Source: Psammoneis japonica (lineage: Eukaryota). Taken from it: a stretch of 64,000 nt of DNA. Below, one piece after another: positions 62,440-64,000 of this stretch. The stretch lies in the NCBI GenBank assembly GCA_008632985.1, contig QPGO01000006.1, positions 1-64,000 on the forward strand, written 5' to 3'. Each line of letters starts with the position of its first letter. The stretch's first letter is position 1. The notes below the pieces were generated by a model. The model was not told the origin of the DNA and made no database searches. It saw nothing but the letters and a program-made list of their open reading frames with translations. The translations under genes were made by a program, and so were the position numbers.

Positions 62440-64000
62440 CGCTTACACTTCACGCTTCACTTTGCCACCGACAGCGCACTGTCTCCCGACCTTTGCCACG
62501 TCTGAAATTCTCCCTTGCATTTGCCACTGGTGTCAATGTCGCCACAATTTTGCAGGCACCTGCTGCGATGAGATCGTGGATGTGTCAAAAATTGCGCGCA
62601 CCACACCACCGTCGTTTGACAGACACAACAATGGCACACCTGCCTGACAGAGCTTGGAAGCTGGAAGTGAAGGAGACAGTGGTTTTTGTCTGTGTTTTCA
62701 AGAGGGGATGCACCCAACTGGTTGGACTGTGAAATGTTGAAAAGGTGCATCAGCTGCAACCGTGGCATGAATTGCCAGAGCATGATCTCTGTTTTTTGAT
62801 GCTCTTGGGGGCACATCTCACAGAGACATGGCCCTCTCTTGAGGTGGAGGACACAGTGCAACAAATCAGGGTTGGCATCACCACCATGAGTCGGGCAAAC
62901 CAAAATGACATGTGCAGCAGGAAGACAGATTTCTGCTGGGTGAGTGAAGGATGGGCACACTCAATGTTTGAATTGAAGAGCAAGTGTGCATCATCATCAG
63001 TGCTCTGCTTCAAAAAATTTAAAACAATGACAATGCATGCCAGATTCATAAAATTTCTGAAGGGGTGATGCAGAAAACTGCTGCATCCAGCACAATGCTG
63101 TTGGGCACATCTGTGCATGATTGCACCTGGCACCACTGTGATCACAATGCACCGCATCAACAAAAAAGCCTCGCTTCTCCAGAAAAAACAGCAAAATGCA
63201 AACCCTTGGCCATGATGCAGCTGGGGTTGAACCAACGAGCAAACCAAACATTCCAAAGCCCCACAAGTGATGAGGTGAGCAACAGTGTTCACAACACTCG
63301 GGCACCTTGCTCTGAACTCACTGGCTTTGTGACAGGCAGTGAAATGAGCAAGCACCACACAGGGAGAGTGCCAGAGATGGGGATGGATCCACCGATGTCA
63401 ATGGCAGTGCAAGAAATGAGCGGGGGTTGGTTGCACAACAAATGGGACTCTGACCTCCTCAGCCATTGATGAAGAAGCAGACAGAACAAGTGACAAACAA
63501 AAGAAAGAATGATGAGTGACAGGGAACATCATGCTTTTCCATGTCAGCACAAGTTTCTCAGCCAACAACAAGGCCATGGCAGGCCGGTGCAGCTGACCCA
63601 GCAGATTTCAATGAACCGGGACCCAAGTGCCAGTGTGCAGGTTGAACCTTCATGGAAAATTCAGGTGTTGTCCACATGATTCCAGCAAGCCCCAGCCAAA
63701 TTGCCCCCACCTGTGATGCACAGGAGTGTGATGAGCACCTGCTTCTTGCTGTGTCTCCCAAAAAATTCCAGACACACAATTGAAATGACCATCCAGAAAA
63801 GGCTGGTGCCATCAAAGTGGGAGGTTGCAGCATTTTGATGCGTGAGAATTTTTTTGACACAAAAATGAGGGACATTTTGACCCAAATGGTTGTGTGAAGA
63901 CATTTGCGCTGTTGCAGATTTGAGTGAGGAGACCAGGACAAGTTTCTCACAGTTGGGTGTCTCTTGTTGTGTCTGTGTGTGGAGAAGTGCATTTGTGTTT
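62440..64000. mobile_element. Start of another degenerate TpA/CpG-depleted repeat block, running off the window
   Basis: Composition only; no family recognised. Confidence 0.5.

Noticed and set aside
4500..64000. Hundreds of overlapping Cys/His-rich, Tyr-free ORFs in the TA-depleted blocks
   Set aside because: Loss of TA removes TAA/TAG stops in all six frames, so long spurious ORFs arise. They are not called as genes.
4200..64000. Alternative genetic code or A-to-I RNA editing as the cause of Tyr->Cys/His
   Set aside because: Neighbouring genes use Tyr normally. The change also affects non-coding DNA and DNA transposons, and occurs in both strand polarities.

Overview
Eukaryotic genomic DNA, most likely a diatom or other stramenopile: short GT-AG introns, diatom-style secreted, LRR and sulfotransferase-like genes, and a copia remnant of the diatom type. 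Gene islands carry a Na+/H+ exchanger, a LysM protein, an FkbM-like methyltransferase, a sulfotransferase-like protein, ArsH, an LRR protein, an AldA-type aldehyde dehydrogenase, a NUDT15-like Nudix hydrolase and an acyltransferase-3. These islands alternate with five blocks of dead repeats (about 4.2-10.7, 20-29.6, 34.8-36.8, 52.8-58.8 and 62.4-64 kb). The main unexplained signal is that TpA is almost erased in these blocks and replaced by TpG/CpA on both strands. Conserved Tyr codons of Helitron-like helicase, copia RT, Ginger-like integrase and a neighbouring T4-type RNA ligase now read Cys or His. In several stretches CpG is still abundant, so this is not simply 5mC decay. It looks like a RIP-like, repeat-targeted A:T->G:C hypermutation process. 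Also notable are a signal-peptide-bearing T4 Rnl1 homologue, a very young tandem TRIM with a 6-bp TSD that splits an ORF, two satellites and a recurrent TGACTCATCCG motif. All comparisons were made by eye and from recalled family motifs; no searches or counts were run.
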